A stretch of 63,643 nt of DNA, the filler included, from Octopus bimaculoides (taxonomy: Eukaryota): the NCBI RefSeq assembly GCF_001194135.2. It is 6 parts of 6 records of this genome, joined end to end, with 100 filler letters (N's around TTAATTAATTAA, not from the genome) between each part and the next. Parts side by side here need not be neighbours in the genome. Positions count along the whole stretch, not along the records: positions 1 to 7,160 come from NC_069000.1; positions 7,261 to 24,373 come from NC_068986.1; 4 more parts are not named here. One strand, 5' to 3'. Under the pieces are notes generated by a model. It did no database searches. It was not told the DNA's origin and saw only the letters and a list, made by a program, of their open reading frames with translations. This document shows positions 1 to 13,624 of the stretch, piece by piece. Both the position numbers and the translations under genes were made by a program. Numbering within the stretch: the first letter of the stretch is position 1; each line of letters starts with the position of its first letter.

Positions 1-1474
1 CCTAAAGCTCCACGAGGCTCCGGCAGGGGATGGTGGCGAACCCTGCTGTACTCTTTCACCACAACTTTCTCTCGCTCTTACTTCCTGTTTCTGTTATGCC
101 TGTAATTCAATGGGTCAGCCTTGTCACGCTGAATATCCCCGAGAACTACGTTAAGGGTACATGTGTCTGTGGAGTGCTCAGCCACTTGCACGTTAATTTC
201 ACGAGCAGGCTGTTCCGTTGATCGGATCAACTGGAACCCGCGACGGAGTGCCATCGACTAATTCTGTCCGTTCCTGAAAATACTCTTTGAGAGTTACCCC
301 CCTTAACGCAAACGAGTGAAAAGAAAAAGAAAATGAGAGCAAAGAACCACACATCAAATATCAATAACTAATTATCGTATAATGAATATCTTTTATGATA
401 ATATAATAGGAGAAACGGGATGTTGTCACGATCAGAATTTTCCTTAGAAAATTAGTCATTTAGATCTATATAATGATTTATTTTAACGAGCGATATTTGA
501 TACAGTGGAGTGCGTCTGAAATTCTGGCTAGCTAGCGAGGAAGCCTCAAGGCAGCCTCTTGACTTGCCAAAAATTGTAGTGAAGTCTTCCTAAAATACTA
601 CCATAACGTCTTTAAAGTGGTATATATGTAGAATAGGCAATCTTTCGATAACTGTACACGAAAAATGGAAGTATTTCTTCAGCACCTTCCGTAAAAAAAA
701 ATTTAATTTAATTCTTTTCAGCTGAATTGCTTGTTTATGTATCCGTGTGTGTGTGTGCATGTATGTAAATACTTTATGTGTATATACATATACATAAACA
801 AATATATATATATGCACATATACACATACAAATATATATAATATATGCTCACATACATATATATACATACACGCATAAACGCATAATAAATACATGAACT
901 AGTGATACAAATGAAAGAAATAAAAAAAAATTACGGAATTTACCGAAGAAATAACTTCACTTTTTGTGTACGGTTATCTAAAGATTGCCTGTACAATGAA
1001 TAAACATTTAGAATCCCAGTTGAAAAGGGTATTCTTCACTCACTGATATGTTTTTCACAGAGCAGATAGGTATTTGCATGAACAGCGCTCAAAAATATAT
1101 GCAAAGGATAAGTGTTATGTAATGTAATCTTACAAATACAAACATTTATCGTGTCTAGAAGATTATTCAGCTTTATAATGATGGCAGCAACACTGAAGAT
1201 AAACCAAATTGTATTTTCATTCAATTGTCACAGGTCCACACAGAATGCATTTAAAAGTAAAGGTTTCACTTGCAACAATGAAATTTGTTTGCATGACACA
1301 TAAAATAAAATACAATAAAATTTGCTGGCATGGTTTTGTGGCTAACAGGCTCGCTGTGCAACCATGTGGTTTCACATTCAGTCCCACTTTGTGGTATCTT
1401 GGGCAAGTGTTTTCTGTTAAAGCATTGGCTGATGAGTGCCTTGTAAAATGAATTTGGCAGATGGAAACTGTGTA

Positions 1475-1517
<43 letters not shown>

Positions 1518-1639
1518 TATAAACAAGTTAAAAATAATGGCCATTACATATTTTTCCTTTACTGGAGCAAATTTGGCTCACAGCTGTTTCCAGTTGTTAT
1601 TATAGATACGTTACTGATAAGTTTACTTCAATTGGTCAA

Positions 1640-1674
<35 letters not shown>

Positions 1675-1676
<2 letters not shown>

Positions 1677-2447
1677 TCATCATTGTTGTCATCTAACGTC
1701 CGCTTTCCATGCTGGCATGGGTTGGATGGTTTGATTGGGAACTGGCAAGTTGGGAGGCTGCACCAGGCTCTAATCTAATTTGGCAAGGTTTCTACAGCTG
1801 GATGCTCTACCTAACACCAACTACTCCAAGAATGTAGCAGGTACTTTTTACATGCCACAAGTGCCAGTCAGGTGGCATGACATCAGCCATCTGTACGATC
1901 TCACTCAGTTCGATAAGTCTTCACAAGCACAGCATATCACTCAACAATTGAAGATTGCTTTTAAACAGACCTGTTATGTGACACTGGCATCAGTCACGAC
2001 TATGATCTCACTTAGCTTACCAGATCTTCTCAAGCGTGGCATATCTCCAAAGGTCTCAGTCACTTGTCATTGCTTCTGTAAGGCCCAACGTTTGAAGGTC
2101 ATGCTTCATCACCTCATCCCAAGTCTTCCTGGGTCTATCTCTTCCACAAGTTCCCTCCACGGTTAGGGTGTGACATTTCTTCACACAGTTGTCCTCATCT
2201 ATACACATCACATAACCATGCTAGCGCAGTCATATCTCTTGCACTCCACACTTGATGCTTCTTAAGTCCAACTTTTCTATAAGGATGATTACACTCTGTC
2301 ATGCATGCACACTGACATTACACATCCAGCGGAGCATACCAGCTTCATTTCTTTCAAGCCTATGCATGTCCTCAACAGTCACAGCCCTTGTTTCACTGCC
2401 GTGTAGCATAGCTGCTTGTACACAGGCATCACACAGTTTCCCACTTA
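1675..2447 (-). mobile_element. 5'-truncated RTE LINE (ORF C-terminus, 3' UTR, (GAT)n tail)
   Basis: Minus translation ..[58 protein letters not shown]. The tail abuts (TA)n. Confidence 0.88.
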
Positions 2448-4457
2448 TGCTCCAGAGATGGTTTTAGACTCTTAAAATTTTTCACATAAACAGTAACGGG
2501 CCCTTGGGGAGCAGAAAACACACTTTCCTGGGTTACATGGATATATATATATACATATATCGCCCTCCAGCACTTATGCTGGTGGCACGTTAGAAAATCA
2601 TTCGAGCGAGGTCATTGCCAGTGCCGCTGGACTGGGTCCCGTGCAGGTGGCACGTAAAAAACACCATTTTGAGCGTGGCCGTTGCCTATCTTTCACACAC
2701 ACACACACTCACTCACTCTCTCTCTCTCTCTCTCTCTCTCACTGAATTTCTCTCCCAACAATAACTTTTCTCCTCCCCTTCTTCCCTTCCTCTAATAGAT
2801 GCTGTGACAGACAGATAGATGGTATAATGTATAAGATTAGGTACCTAAGAGAAAGACAATGCAAGAAAATATTGACCATGTCTATGAATATTACTGTGAC
2901 TTTGGAAGACAAATAAAGATAAAAGTATTCTTTAAAAGTCAAAATATAAATGCAAAAAACTTGCGAAAATTATCACAATACCGAAGGTAAAGAGAAATGC
3001 ATAATTAGTCAACATTTCAAATTTAAAGAATATAAGATGATTCATTTTCAAGAAAATTTGGATGAAATGAAAACTGTTCCATTAAAAACGTTTTTCATTT
3101 CAAGTGCAAGATTACTTAAAGTTGATGTTTTGAATACATTTTTCATCCTTTAGCATTAAAAAGTTATATCTGTTTAGAATTAAAAACCACATCTGTTTTA
3201 TGCAGAATGTCAAGGCTAAGCCAGGTGAGTGGAACAGGCACTTATCTAGTATATCAATTCAGTCTAGAAATTGGAGATTTAAAAAATTGTTTCTACTCAA
3301 ACTGTATATACTAGTGAACCAAAAAACAAAACTCATTAATGTCACTTGACACACCCAGAACTTGCTTGTTCATGTTGAATCAATATGCATAGTTATAGTT
3401 TTGTCTAAATACATTATTCATATTCTTCCAATAAATAATATATTATCTGTATTCATCAATTAATTTAAGTTTGTCATGAGGAGTGGATTGTGTTGTGCAA
3501 CCCACCCAATTACTTTTCTACATTATCATAGAAACCAATTAATAAACTTTAAATAACTACGTAAAAATTTTGATAAATTATCTATTATCTCTAAAATTAT
3601 AATCAACTATTCACTATAAGAAATGAAAGCTATTTTGATCAATGTTTTGTGAAAATATTTTTATAGATATAACATTTTCTCTTATTTATTTGATTCCTTA
3701 CCTTCACTAGTCAGAATATTTCAAAATGATGGAGGAAATTAATTTTTTATAAGTTCTTCACTGTTGTTGTTGTTGTTTACTTTTCCATGCTTGCATGGGT
3801 CTGAATTTATTGAGGCAGATTTTGTATAACTGGATGCACTTCCTATCACTTGTTCCATGCAAGATAATATTTACTTCATGGAAGACTAGAACCAAACATC
3901 ACTTATGTGATGGTGATATTCATTTACAATCATTGCATAAAGTCAAAACAAGGGTACACAGAAACAAGCACATATACACATACATACATGTATGATTATG
4001 TGCATATGAGGGGCTGCTTTCAGTTTCTGTTAAATGAATCCACTCAGAAGCCTGGGGTTATAGTAGAAGACATTTGTCCTGTGTGCTGCACAATGTAACA
4101 ACCCCAAATCACACAATTGGAAGATAAGCTTCTCACTATGCCTCTAAGTATTTTATCATTTATTCAGACTAACTTGACCAAACACCATTATTATGTAAGA
4201 TTCAACACTCACCATACCTATGTTGAGATGAGACCAATTAACAGTAATTCAACTAGAGTTAATAGGTATCATAAAAGATACAACTTACCTAACTGTAAAT
4301 AGGTCACATAAGAAGTACAAAAGCCCTATACATACGTACACATTGAGACAGAGTCCACCTCATTTTGAATAGATATCATTAAGATGTACAGATAGCCTTT
4401 GTACATAGATGCCATGCTAAATAGGATCCATATAGAGGTAGCTTTGAAACATAGTGG

Positions 4458-4831
4458 TTCTGTAAGGCCCAACGTTTGAAGGTCATGCTTCATCACCTCA
4501 TCCCAAGTCTTCCTGGGTCTATCTCTTCCACAAGTTCCCTCTACAGTTAGGGTGTGACATTTCTTCACACAGCTGTCCTCGTCTATACACATCACATAAC
4601 CATGCTAGCGCAGTCATATCTCTTGCACTCCACACTTGATGCTTCTTAAGTCCAACTTTTCTATAAGGATGATTACACTCTGTCATGCATGCACACTGAC
4701 ATTACACATCCAGCGGAGCATACCAGCTTCATTTCTTTCAAGCCTATGCATGTCCTCAACAGTCACAGCCCTTGTTTCACTGCCGTGTAGCATAGCTGCT
4801 TGTACACAGGCATCACACAGTTTCCCACTTA
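4458..4831 (-). repeat. 374-bp near-identical copy of 2074-2447 (RTE fragment)
   Basis: Manual alignment shows 4 substitutions, no indels and an identical ORF-side breakpoint. Confidence 0.92.
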
Positions 4832-5264
4832 AAGGAAATGTGAAAATGATATACGAGTTGAGATGAAAATGAACCGGTAAGCAATGATTTATGCTCTGTT
4901 ATAAAATACAATGATTGCTATACATGAAGTAAAATAAATATAACAGGTTACAACAAAAATGTGTGAGAGACTTCATAGTCAGGTTGGATTGTTGATCTTG
5001 TAGACAAAGTTGATGTACTGTTTGGTGGTGTGTAGAGGCAGCCGTTGATCTGTTGGTTGTGTGGTGTTCATACAGCAATGATGTAGGCACATGTCTGGTG
5101 GAGATGAAAGCAGAGACTGGCTGGTGTCAGATACAACTCAAAATCAAAACATCTTGCACATAATGACAGTGTAAATCACTTCTGCTACAAACAGAGACAA
5201 GCATTTCAAAATAAACTTTATAATAGAAGAACATAGAGACAAAAGTGAGAGACTTCAGGTAAAC

Positions 5265-5312
5265 GTGTTTGTAACCAAAACAGTGTTTGTAACCAAAACA
5301 GTGTTCGTAACC
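5265..5312. repeat. 18-bp tandem repeat x2.7
   Basis: GTGTTTGTAACCAAAACA. Confidence 0.9.
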
Positions 5313-5809
5313 TTACTCACAGTCCATAGCAATACAAAGCATCAATAGATGCACACTTTGCCCAAAGCCAGATATTAAAAAAATATAGATAAGATACAAG
5401 TTAGCATAGAATCAATAGTCACACACTGTTCATAACAGCAAACATTATATACAACAATGTCCATAGCTGCATATACATAGTCCATAGCAACAGACAGAGT
5501 TTATATCTGTACATGCTGTCCTAGATACACATGGTTTCCTAAGCAACACTTATTAATTGTAGTCATGCTGCAAATTGTCTATAGATAAGAGACTGTGTCC
5601 ACAGTTACATTGTTTTATCTATGGAGTAGTGAATCACATGGAGACTCATTTTAGATATAGCTTTTCATCAGATAAAATATGAGAGGTGTTGCTTAATCTA
5701 TGGAGAAATAGTTAAACACACCATGTATGTATGCCTACTATACAGTTTACATATTATACAAGGATCAGCTGAAAAGTTCATAAGCTTACCAAGATATTCT
5801 CATAGGATG

Positions 5810-6310
5810 TGACCAAATGAGGTTCATTTTTCAACATAGTACCCCTTGTGGTCCATACACTTCTTTCATCAGTGTTGTAGTGCTCGGATCCCATTGGTGA
5901 AAAAGTTTTCATCCTGCTGCTCAAAAACGTCAACAGCAGAAATGACATCATCATCACTGCAATACTGGTTCTCAGCCAAGTATTTTTCATGCTGGAGTAC
6001 AGATGATAGTAAGATAGGGCCAGATCAGGAGGATGGGAAGCTAATCAACCAGTTCAAAGCCACAATCATCCACAGCAGCCATTGAAACCAATGACTTGTG
6101 TGCTGGAGCATTGTCCTAATGAAGCAATGAAACAAGGCCCCTTTCATTAATTTTCCTGGATGTTTGGACTTGATAGACTTTTGTAACTACCTCAACAAGC
6201 TGGAATAGTACTCTCCATTGATGGTGTGGCCCTTTTTAACGATACACAATAAATACAATGCCTTCAGCTTCCCAAATTATTGAGGCTGTCACCTTCTTTG
6301 TCTTTGCACA
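5810..6310 (-). pseudogene. Mariner transposase C-terminal relic
   Basis: Minus translation with stops and frameshifts: DNAPAHKSLVSMAAVDDCGFELV..PDLA..YYHL...GIRALQH..KKCMDHKGYYVEK. Confidence 0.8.
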
Positions 6311-6328
6311 GAATTATCCTTGTGCTAA

Positions 6329-6404
6329 ACTGTCATGTACAGAATTATAGGCACTGTACTGTCATGTACAGAATTATAGGCACTGTACTGTCATGTACAG
6401 AATT
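6329..6404. repeat. 29-bp minisatellite x2.6
   Basis: ACTGTCATGTACAGAATTATAGGCACTGT. Confidence 0.9.
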
Positions 6405-7109
6405 GTCAGTCCAAGTAGTTACAGATGGGATAGGGGTGAGGAGGGTGATTATAGTGAATGGTGAAGAAAAGTGGAGGGCAGCAGATGATGAGTTGGAAGG
6501 AAGGTGGGGGAGAGGAGGTGATGACTGACAGTACAGTAAGGGTGAGGAATAGCCAAAGAATAAAAGTATAGTATACAGGAGAAGGATGAGAGAAAATGTG
6601 ACGACAGGTCGGTGGTGGGTGGGGTAAATATCAAAAGTGTTAAGGTAGAGTAAGAGGCAAAACCTGTAGGGAGAGTGAAAGACAATGGTGATAGGGGTGA
6701 GTCAGCATAAAGCAGTTCTGAGAAGCAGACATAACTGGTAGTGCAGAAGGGTGATCAATTAAAGTTTGAGTAGAGAGAATATTTTTAGGGTGGATTTTTT
6801 TACAGTTGGATGCCCTTTTTGTTGCCAACACTCACCGATTTCCAAGTAAAATATTTTCCCATGGCCTGATACGTTTTCATAGAAGATTGATTGGAAAGGA
6901 CACCTGTCACTTGCACAACAGTGATACTTATTTGCAAGCATCATGCGATGTCAAGGAAAGGAGACAGTTACACATACATACACATGTATACGATGGACTT
7001 CTTCCCATTTCTGTCTACCACGTCCACTCACACACAACAAAGCTTTGGTCAAACCTGGGCTGTAGTAGAAGACACTTGCTTAAAGTGCCATGCAGTGGGT
7101 ATGTGTGTA

Positions 7110-7160
<51 letters not shown>

Positions 7161-7260
7161 NNNNNNNNNNNNNNNNNNNNNNNNNNNNNNNNNNNNNNNN
7201 NNNNTTAATTAATTAANNNNNNNNNNNNNNNNNNNNNNNNNNNNNNNNNNNNNNNNNNNN
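7161..7260. other. Artificial scaffold linker N44-TTAATTAATTAA-N44
   Basis: Exactly 100 bp. The palindromic 12-mer gives stops in all six frames. Identical at five sites. Confidence 0.95.
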
Positions 7261-7600
7261 TATAGCCTCGGGCCGACCAAAGCCTTGTGAGTGGATTTGG
7301 TAGACGGAAACTGAAAGAAGCCCGTCGTATATATATATATTTATTTATTAATTAATTTATTTATTTATTTATGTGTTTCTGTATTTATGTGTCTGTGTTT
7401 GTCCCCCCCCCCACCATCGTTTAACAACCGATGCTGGTGTGTTTACGTCCCCGTAACTTAGCGGTTCGGCAAAAAGAGAGCGATAGAATAAGTACTAGGC
7501 TTACAAAGAATAAGTCCTGGGGTCGATTTGCTCGACTAAAAGGTGGTGCTCCAGCATGGCCGCAGTCAAATGACTGAAACAAGTAAAAGAGTAAAAGATA
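7261..7600 (+). mobile_element. SINE family C (middle and 3' part)
   Basis: tatagcctcgggccgaccaaagccttgtgagtgg..gtttacgtccccgtaacttagcgg..ccagcatggccgcagtcaaatgactgaaac. Further fragments at ~1325-1475 (+), 7020-7100 (-), 21190-21270 (-), 29608-29765 (+), 35093-35240 (+), 41615-41810 (-), 57035-57193 (-) and 62330-62420 (+). Confidence 0.85.
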
Positions 7601-7664
7601 TATAGATATATATGTATGTACACGTACATACACACTTCTATGTACGTATGTACATATGTATGTC

Positions 7665-7707
<43 letters not shown>

Positions 7708-7727
7708 GTATGTGCGAGTGTATGTGC

Positions 7728-7793
<66 letters not shown>

Positions 7794-8461
7794 CTGTCTG
7801 TCTGTCTGTCTGTCTGTAACGTGTATCATCCCCACTCGAACATGCGGTATGTCGGCCTGGCCCAGCTCAACACTTTCATCTTTCACCAAGCATTTGATCT
7901 CCAAGAAACATCTTATTTTCGACGTTTTATTCATTTATCAGTCTCTTCCAATGTCCTCTATTTTTTTATATGTTTATCTGATATTTTTCTTTTTATCTAT
8001 TTAATACGGATGTACAATAGAATTAGCTCAATTTAGCTGAACAAGCAAACTGTCAAACTATGGAGACCTCCTAGTGAGCCAGATACGCTGCTACAGTCAT
8101 ACCTTAAAGGCCGTGGACGCAATTAAAACATTACTTGGATGACATATCCCTCCCAGTTGATATTATTTTTTTTACTGACAGGGGCGGCTAGAGTTAACTT
8201 TTCTCTTATTCTAAGATAATGTTTCGAATTAATGATTTCTTCAGGTAAAATCACCAGGTATTCTGTTTTACTGGTGTCAGCGGCACCTTGTGGCATATTA
8301 ACATCAACCATGGAAACACTCATGCTCGCTATTTAGTGATAGATGGTTGGATATATAGGCAGATAGATAGATAGATAGATAGATAGGTAGGTAGGTAGGT
8401 AGGTAGGTAGGTAGATAGGTAGGTAGGTAGGTAGGCAGGTAGACAGGTAGGTAGATATAAT

Positions 8462-8880
8462 TCTTTTCTACTCTAGGCACGAGGCCCGAAATAACGGGGG
8501 AAAGGGCCAGTCGATTAGACCAACCCTAGTAATGGTACTTAATTTATCGACCCCGAAAGGATGAAAGGCAAAGTCGACCTCGGCGGAACTTGAACGTAAA
8601 GACAGACGAAATACCGCTAAACATTTCGCCCGCCGTGCTAAAGTTTCTTATTCCTTTATTGCCCCCAAGGGGCTAAACATAGAGGGGACAAACAAGGACA
8701 GACAAACGGGTTAAGTCGATTACATCGACACCAGTGCGTAACTGGCGCTTATTTAATCGGCCCCGAAAGGATGAAAGGCAAAGTCAACGTCGGCGGAATT
8801 TGAACTCAGAATGTAACGGTAGACGAAATACCGCTAAGCATTTCGCTCGGCGTGCTAAAGTTTCTGCCAGCTCGCCGCCT
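8462..8880 (-). mobile_element. Two head-to-tail SINE family A copies (8462-8648 head-truncated; 8649-8880 complete)
   Basis: Shared core GACCCCGAAAGGATGAAAGGCAAAGTCGACCTCGGCGGAATTTGAAC with two different 3' tails. Confidence 0.88.
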
Positions 8881-9003
8881 TAGGTAGGTAAATATATTGA
8901 TAAATGAATGGATGCATAGTTAAAGGAAATAAGATTGTATATTTTTACGTACGCACAAACGTATGTATGCATGTATGTGTGTGCGTGTGCGTGCGCGTGT
9001 GTG

Positions 9004-9068
<65 letters not shown>

Positions 9069-9184
9069 GTAGGCTTTAATTTGAATATATTTAAATGAAG
9101 TTAATTTTCTAAGCATTGGATGTTGAAGATTGTAGTCTGTGATATCCATCTACAGGAAACCGCTGTATCCTATTGTTACTGTTA

Positions 9185-9572
9185 AAGCTATTTCACACTA
9201 AAAGAAGCAGCTGCTGAGAGCCCGGAAAGATAACCTTATCGCTCGTTGGCCCATGTAAAACTCGTTCAGTATTATCCGATAATGGACTCTCCCGTCGAAG
9301 ACGACGTATGAGCATTCAGCTTTTGCCGAACGACCTGTACAAATGATTTGTTTATAGTGATCAAATGTACAGGCTGCACATTAGCTCACTCTCACCATTA
9401 AATTGACGATGCCTGAACAGATACACAAATGTACCACACATCAGGTGTCGAAGTGATGGCAAAGCAAGATGAGTTGAGGTGTTTTGCTCAAGAACACGAC
9501 ACACCACCCGGTCTTGAAATTGAAACCACGATCTAGTGATCGTGAGTGTAAAGCTCTAACCATTAGGCCATG
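9185..9572 (-). mobile_element. Diverged family B-like SINE
   Basis: Minus head GGCCTAATGGTTAGAGC..GTGTTCTTGAGCAAAACAC resembles 14545-14640. Confidence 0.55.
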
Positions 9573-9779
9573 TAGGGTAAACAATCTATTTGCCCATTGT
9601 GAGGTTATTTCCTTTCTGCCATTGCTTACTATCACCCAGCTAAAGTTAAACAAGGCGACTATGCTTGACACGCAAACTAATATGTAACCTGACATCATCT
9701 AGATGCTAAATGAAATGGGTTGTAGCCACAGTATTTTTTTATTTAAAGGTGGAGGGCAGAGATGAGAAACCAGAGGACA

Positions 9780-10290
9780 GAGATGACTTTGCAATGGGGT
9801 AGAATCTAGACGATAGGCTACACGAATTGTCATCCAATGTGAGTGACCGAAACATTAAGCTTAGCTTACCGATATTTTGTGAGCGCCATGCACCTTTTCT
9901 CGGTGCCTCTGTGTACACACCAACACACCAACGGAAGAAGCTGTATCCCTTTTCTACAAGATTCTTAGAAATATTATTGTTATCACACCGACTTCGACAA
10001 AATCAACCTATCTTGTGATTTCGATGCCAGAACTGCAATACATGGTCTAATTTGAAGCGCTTCGGCACGAGTAAAATAAACAATATTGGTCTAATCCTGC
10101 TCCAGCCATGCTCTGAGCTGGGTCTTGTGGCAGGCAATACGCTCTTCCACCAGACACTCATGCATAAAGGTACCTAGATCCGATCTCAGTTGACACAGAG
10201 TCAGCGTATTTAATTTGTCATAATACTTAAGCGCAGTATTCGTGATCCTTCTAGAGTTAGTTTTGCATGGGTTACACTTTGGTTAGATCA
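9780..10290 (+). pseudogene. Decayed RTE-type apurinic endonuclease fragment
   Basis: Frameshifted ..ASVYTPT..FYKILRNII..DFDAR..NNIGLILLQPCSELGLVAGNTLFHQ..HKGT*. Confidence 0.55.
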
Positions 10291-10794
10291 CCATCTATTA
10301 AGAACAAAGTTGATGCTGGTTGTTTGGAAATTTTTTTACAAATTATACCAAGTTTCCAAAATGAAGAATAGAAATGCTCTGTGGATAATCTTTGAAAAGT
10401 TGGAGTTTGTTGATTTGTTTCTCCAACTACACATTGATAAAATGACCTTCTTCAAGTAAAATGGTGCTCTGTCGGAACTGATTCCACTGAATAACGTTGT
10501 CAAATACAGATNNNNNNNNNNNNNNNNNNNNNNNNNNNNNNNNNNNNNNNNNNNNNNNNNNNNNNNNNNNNNNNNNNNNNNNNNNNNNNNNNNNNNNNNN
10601 NNNNNNNNNNNNNNNNNNNNNNNNNNNNNNNNNNNNNNNNNNNNNNNNNNNNNNNNNNNNNNNNNNNNNNNNNNNNNNNNNNNNNNNNNNNNNNNNNNNN
10701 NNNNNNNNNNNNNNNNNNNNNNNNNNNNNNNNNNNNNNNNNNNNNNNNNNNNNNNNNNNNNNNNNNNNNNNNNNNNNNNNNNNNNNNNNNNNNN

Positions 10795-10852
<58 letters not shown>

Positions 10853-11668
10853 GGATGGATCTCTAGCTTCCGGAATAAACATGAGGTTCGAGAAGGTTTC
10901 AGTTGGATTTGAGACATTGAAGAGAAGAATCTGGTCAAAGAACTTGAAACTGGTAGTAGTTGAGAAACTGAAACTGTTGGTAGGGAGAGAATTAGAGTCA
11001 ATAAGATCAACCTCAATATTTAAACTGGTACTTCACAGCACCCACTTCGGAGGAATCAACGTCAGATCCAATATAAGCAGGAATAGAACTCGCTATCTAG
11101 AAAAACTAACTAAACATCGCTTAGCCTGTAGCGATTTCTCCATCTACCGTCCATCATTGGAAACATCGTAATAATAAGGTGTAGGAGTAGCAGAATGAAG
11201 CGGTGAGAGATTGCCAGTAGTAAGGGCTGGCAGGATCCATCAATTTTTGCAACACTATCTCTATATCTAGAGAGAGATATTTCTATGTTATGCAACACTT
11301 AATCTAACAATACTTTAACTTTCTCTCAGTCCCATTGGCAATATATATCACATGACAATTTCTTCTGTTTGACGTTTTAATAACCTCCCTTTACTCTAAA
11401 CATATTGTCAAGTCTGCCATATCACTGAAATTATGTTGATTTATTTCTAACATTCACAATTTGATTTTATTTCTGATTCTTCTCCCTCTTTCTCTCTCCC
11501 CCCCATTTCTCTTTATTTCCCTCCAAACTTGTCTCTGTCTTTCCTCTCTCTCTCTCTGTACACACACATACACACAGATAGGTACGTGTTTGCAAGTACT
11601 TGCAAGTACATATACTACGCACACACACACATATGTATATATACACATATACGATTACATACTTATAA

Positions 11669-11711
<43 letters not shown>

Positions 11712-12025
11712 TATAATACACACACACGTATATAGAAACACATACACCAATATATAATACGCATGTGTGTCTATGTATGTATATTTCACTTAACGTGCTT
11801 TTGCGACTACTTTAGACCATAAACTAATTGTCAATTATTCAAATCGACTGAGAACTATTGGCAGAAATATCGAACATTGGAAGTTCAATCTTTACGCAGG
11901 AGCTTCATTCAGCATTTTGTTTTGTTGTGTTTCTCTCCTTTAAATACGCGCATACACACGCAAACACACATAAGAATGCATACATACATACATACACGTA
12001 TATATACATACGCGCACATATGCAT

Positions 12026-12057
<32 letters not shown>

Positions 12058-12205
12058 NNNNNNNNNNNNNNNNNNNNNNNNNNNNNNNNNNNNNNNNNNN
12101 NNNNNNNNNNNNNNNNNNNNNNNNNNNNNNNNNNNNNNNNNNNNNNNNNNNNNNNNNNNNNNNNNNNNNNNNNNNNNNNNNNNNNNNNNNNNNNNNNNNN
12201 NNNNN

Positions 12206-12244
<39 letters not shown>

Positions 12245-12804
12245 TTGTGTATGCGTGTGTGATATCTTTAAAGCTTCGTGACAAATTGCCGTATGTTACG
12301 TTCCAGCTGCTGTATCAAAGTAATATAAAATAGGTTCATGTGAGAGAATATATAATTGTGAAACATATATTAGCGACAGAGGCAGTATTAATACCGAGAG
12401 GTAACATTTATCCTCACTTAAACGTGGATATTCAATTAGATGTAAAACGGTAGTAAAGTTTAGTCTAATTGAACATCCACGTTTAAGTGGGGGTAAATAT
12501 TACCTCATAGTTGTGAAAATAATCCAGAGACATATTTCTTCTGAAAAGCAAGTGGAAGGGAGAGTAATGGAGGAGGCTGAGGAGAAGGGGCGGTTGGTTG
12601 TTTTGTTTGAAATATGTATACGAGCATATAATCATACAATACCCGAAAAAGTTGGACAGGGTGGACGAAGACAAACAAAATTCGCAAACTGAGTAAGTAC
12701 AGAGCTGAAAGTTGTGACTGGAAGTTTCTTGATTACTGCCCAGGATAAAAACCTTTCGACCAGAAACCCTCAAGAGCTTCTAACGAACGAATCAGAATAT
12801 TAGG

Positions 12805-13310
12805 CCTATTGCTTCTGGTTGCCTATCCACAGCCAAGAAAGAATATATCTATAAGCATGGCAGAGATGAGAATTACATACACTGGAAGTTATTGCTTGCA
12901 TTATGAAATTAAAACAGAGGAGAGGTGTTATAGAATACTCTTGAAAAGTGCTAAGTGAACGGAAAAACAACTCTAACCAGGGATATGCCAAAACACACTT
13001 ACGGGCAGTTCAGAGTAATCGGCCAGATATTGTTAACAAGAACACCAGAAAATGAAATGCCTCTTAATTGATATATCAGATGATAACATATCTCTAAAAG
13101 ACGTGGAGAAATTATCCAAATATAAAGATTTGGAAATAGAATTAATAACAAGGTGGGGGCCTGAAAACAGACACAATCCTTATAATTGTGGTTACTTTGG
13201 AAATGATAAAAAAAACTGGAAGACAAACTATTATAGTTCAAGGCTTCGTATTTGGGCTCCCAACATTACTCACTGTTCAAAACGTAGGTCTGCAAGGCAC
13301 TGTTCGCATC
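12805..13310 (+). pseudogene. R4/Dong-clade non-LTR retrotransposon C-terminal fragment (older copy)
   Basis: SGC..AKKEYIYKH..YIHWKL..NRPDIV..KCLLIDIS..DNISLKDVEKLSKYKDLEIEL: zinc knuckle plus restriction-like endonuclease. Confidence 0.75.
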
Positions 13311-13624
13311 CCCCCCCCCAAAAAAAAANNNNNNNNNNTGTTCGCATCCCCCCCCCAAAAAAAAAACACATTCAGTTCGATAGCACAACTCAAACAGTAT
13401 ACTCTGTACGTAAAGCATATAACACCGATAGAGCTCACTCTCTGTGCACATTACATATATACTGTATAGTTCCTTCACACAAAACGTACCCTACATATAA
13501 ACCACCAGATAGCACAACCCTTTCAACACTTACCCAACAGAATCACCATCAACGACAGATACAGTTAAATAATCAATACTCAATACTACAACACCAACAA
13601 TTCAATCAACTCGCATTCCACACG

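Noticed and set aside
5265-6404. CRISPR-like arrays from short direct repeats
   Set aside because: Repeats are contiguous with no unique spacers, and the context is eukaryotic.
7205-7216. TTAATTAATTAA as a biological motif (also 24418, 55583, 59514, 62565)
   Set aside because: Always centred in exactly 44+44 Ns; it is an inserted six-frame-stop linker.
8123-8323. Minus ORF MSVSMVDVN...YVIQVMF
   Set aside because: No recognisable motif, no splice support; length within chance expectation.
10850-11170. Coding-like stretch next to (CT)n, possible retroelement ORF
   Set aside because: No frame gave a motif I could name.
13300-13365. Tandem duplication TGTTCGCATCCCCCCCCCAAAAAAA either side of a 10-N gap
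   Set aside because: Typical unmerged contig overlap at a homopolymer; likely an assembly artefact.
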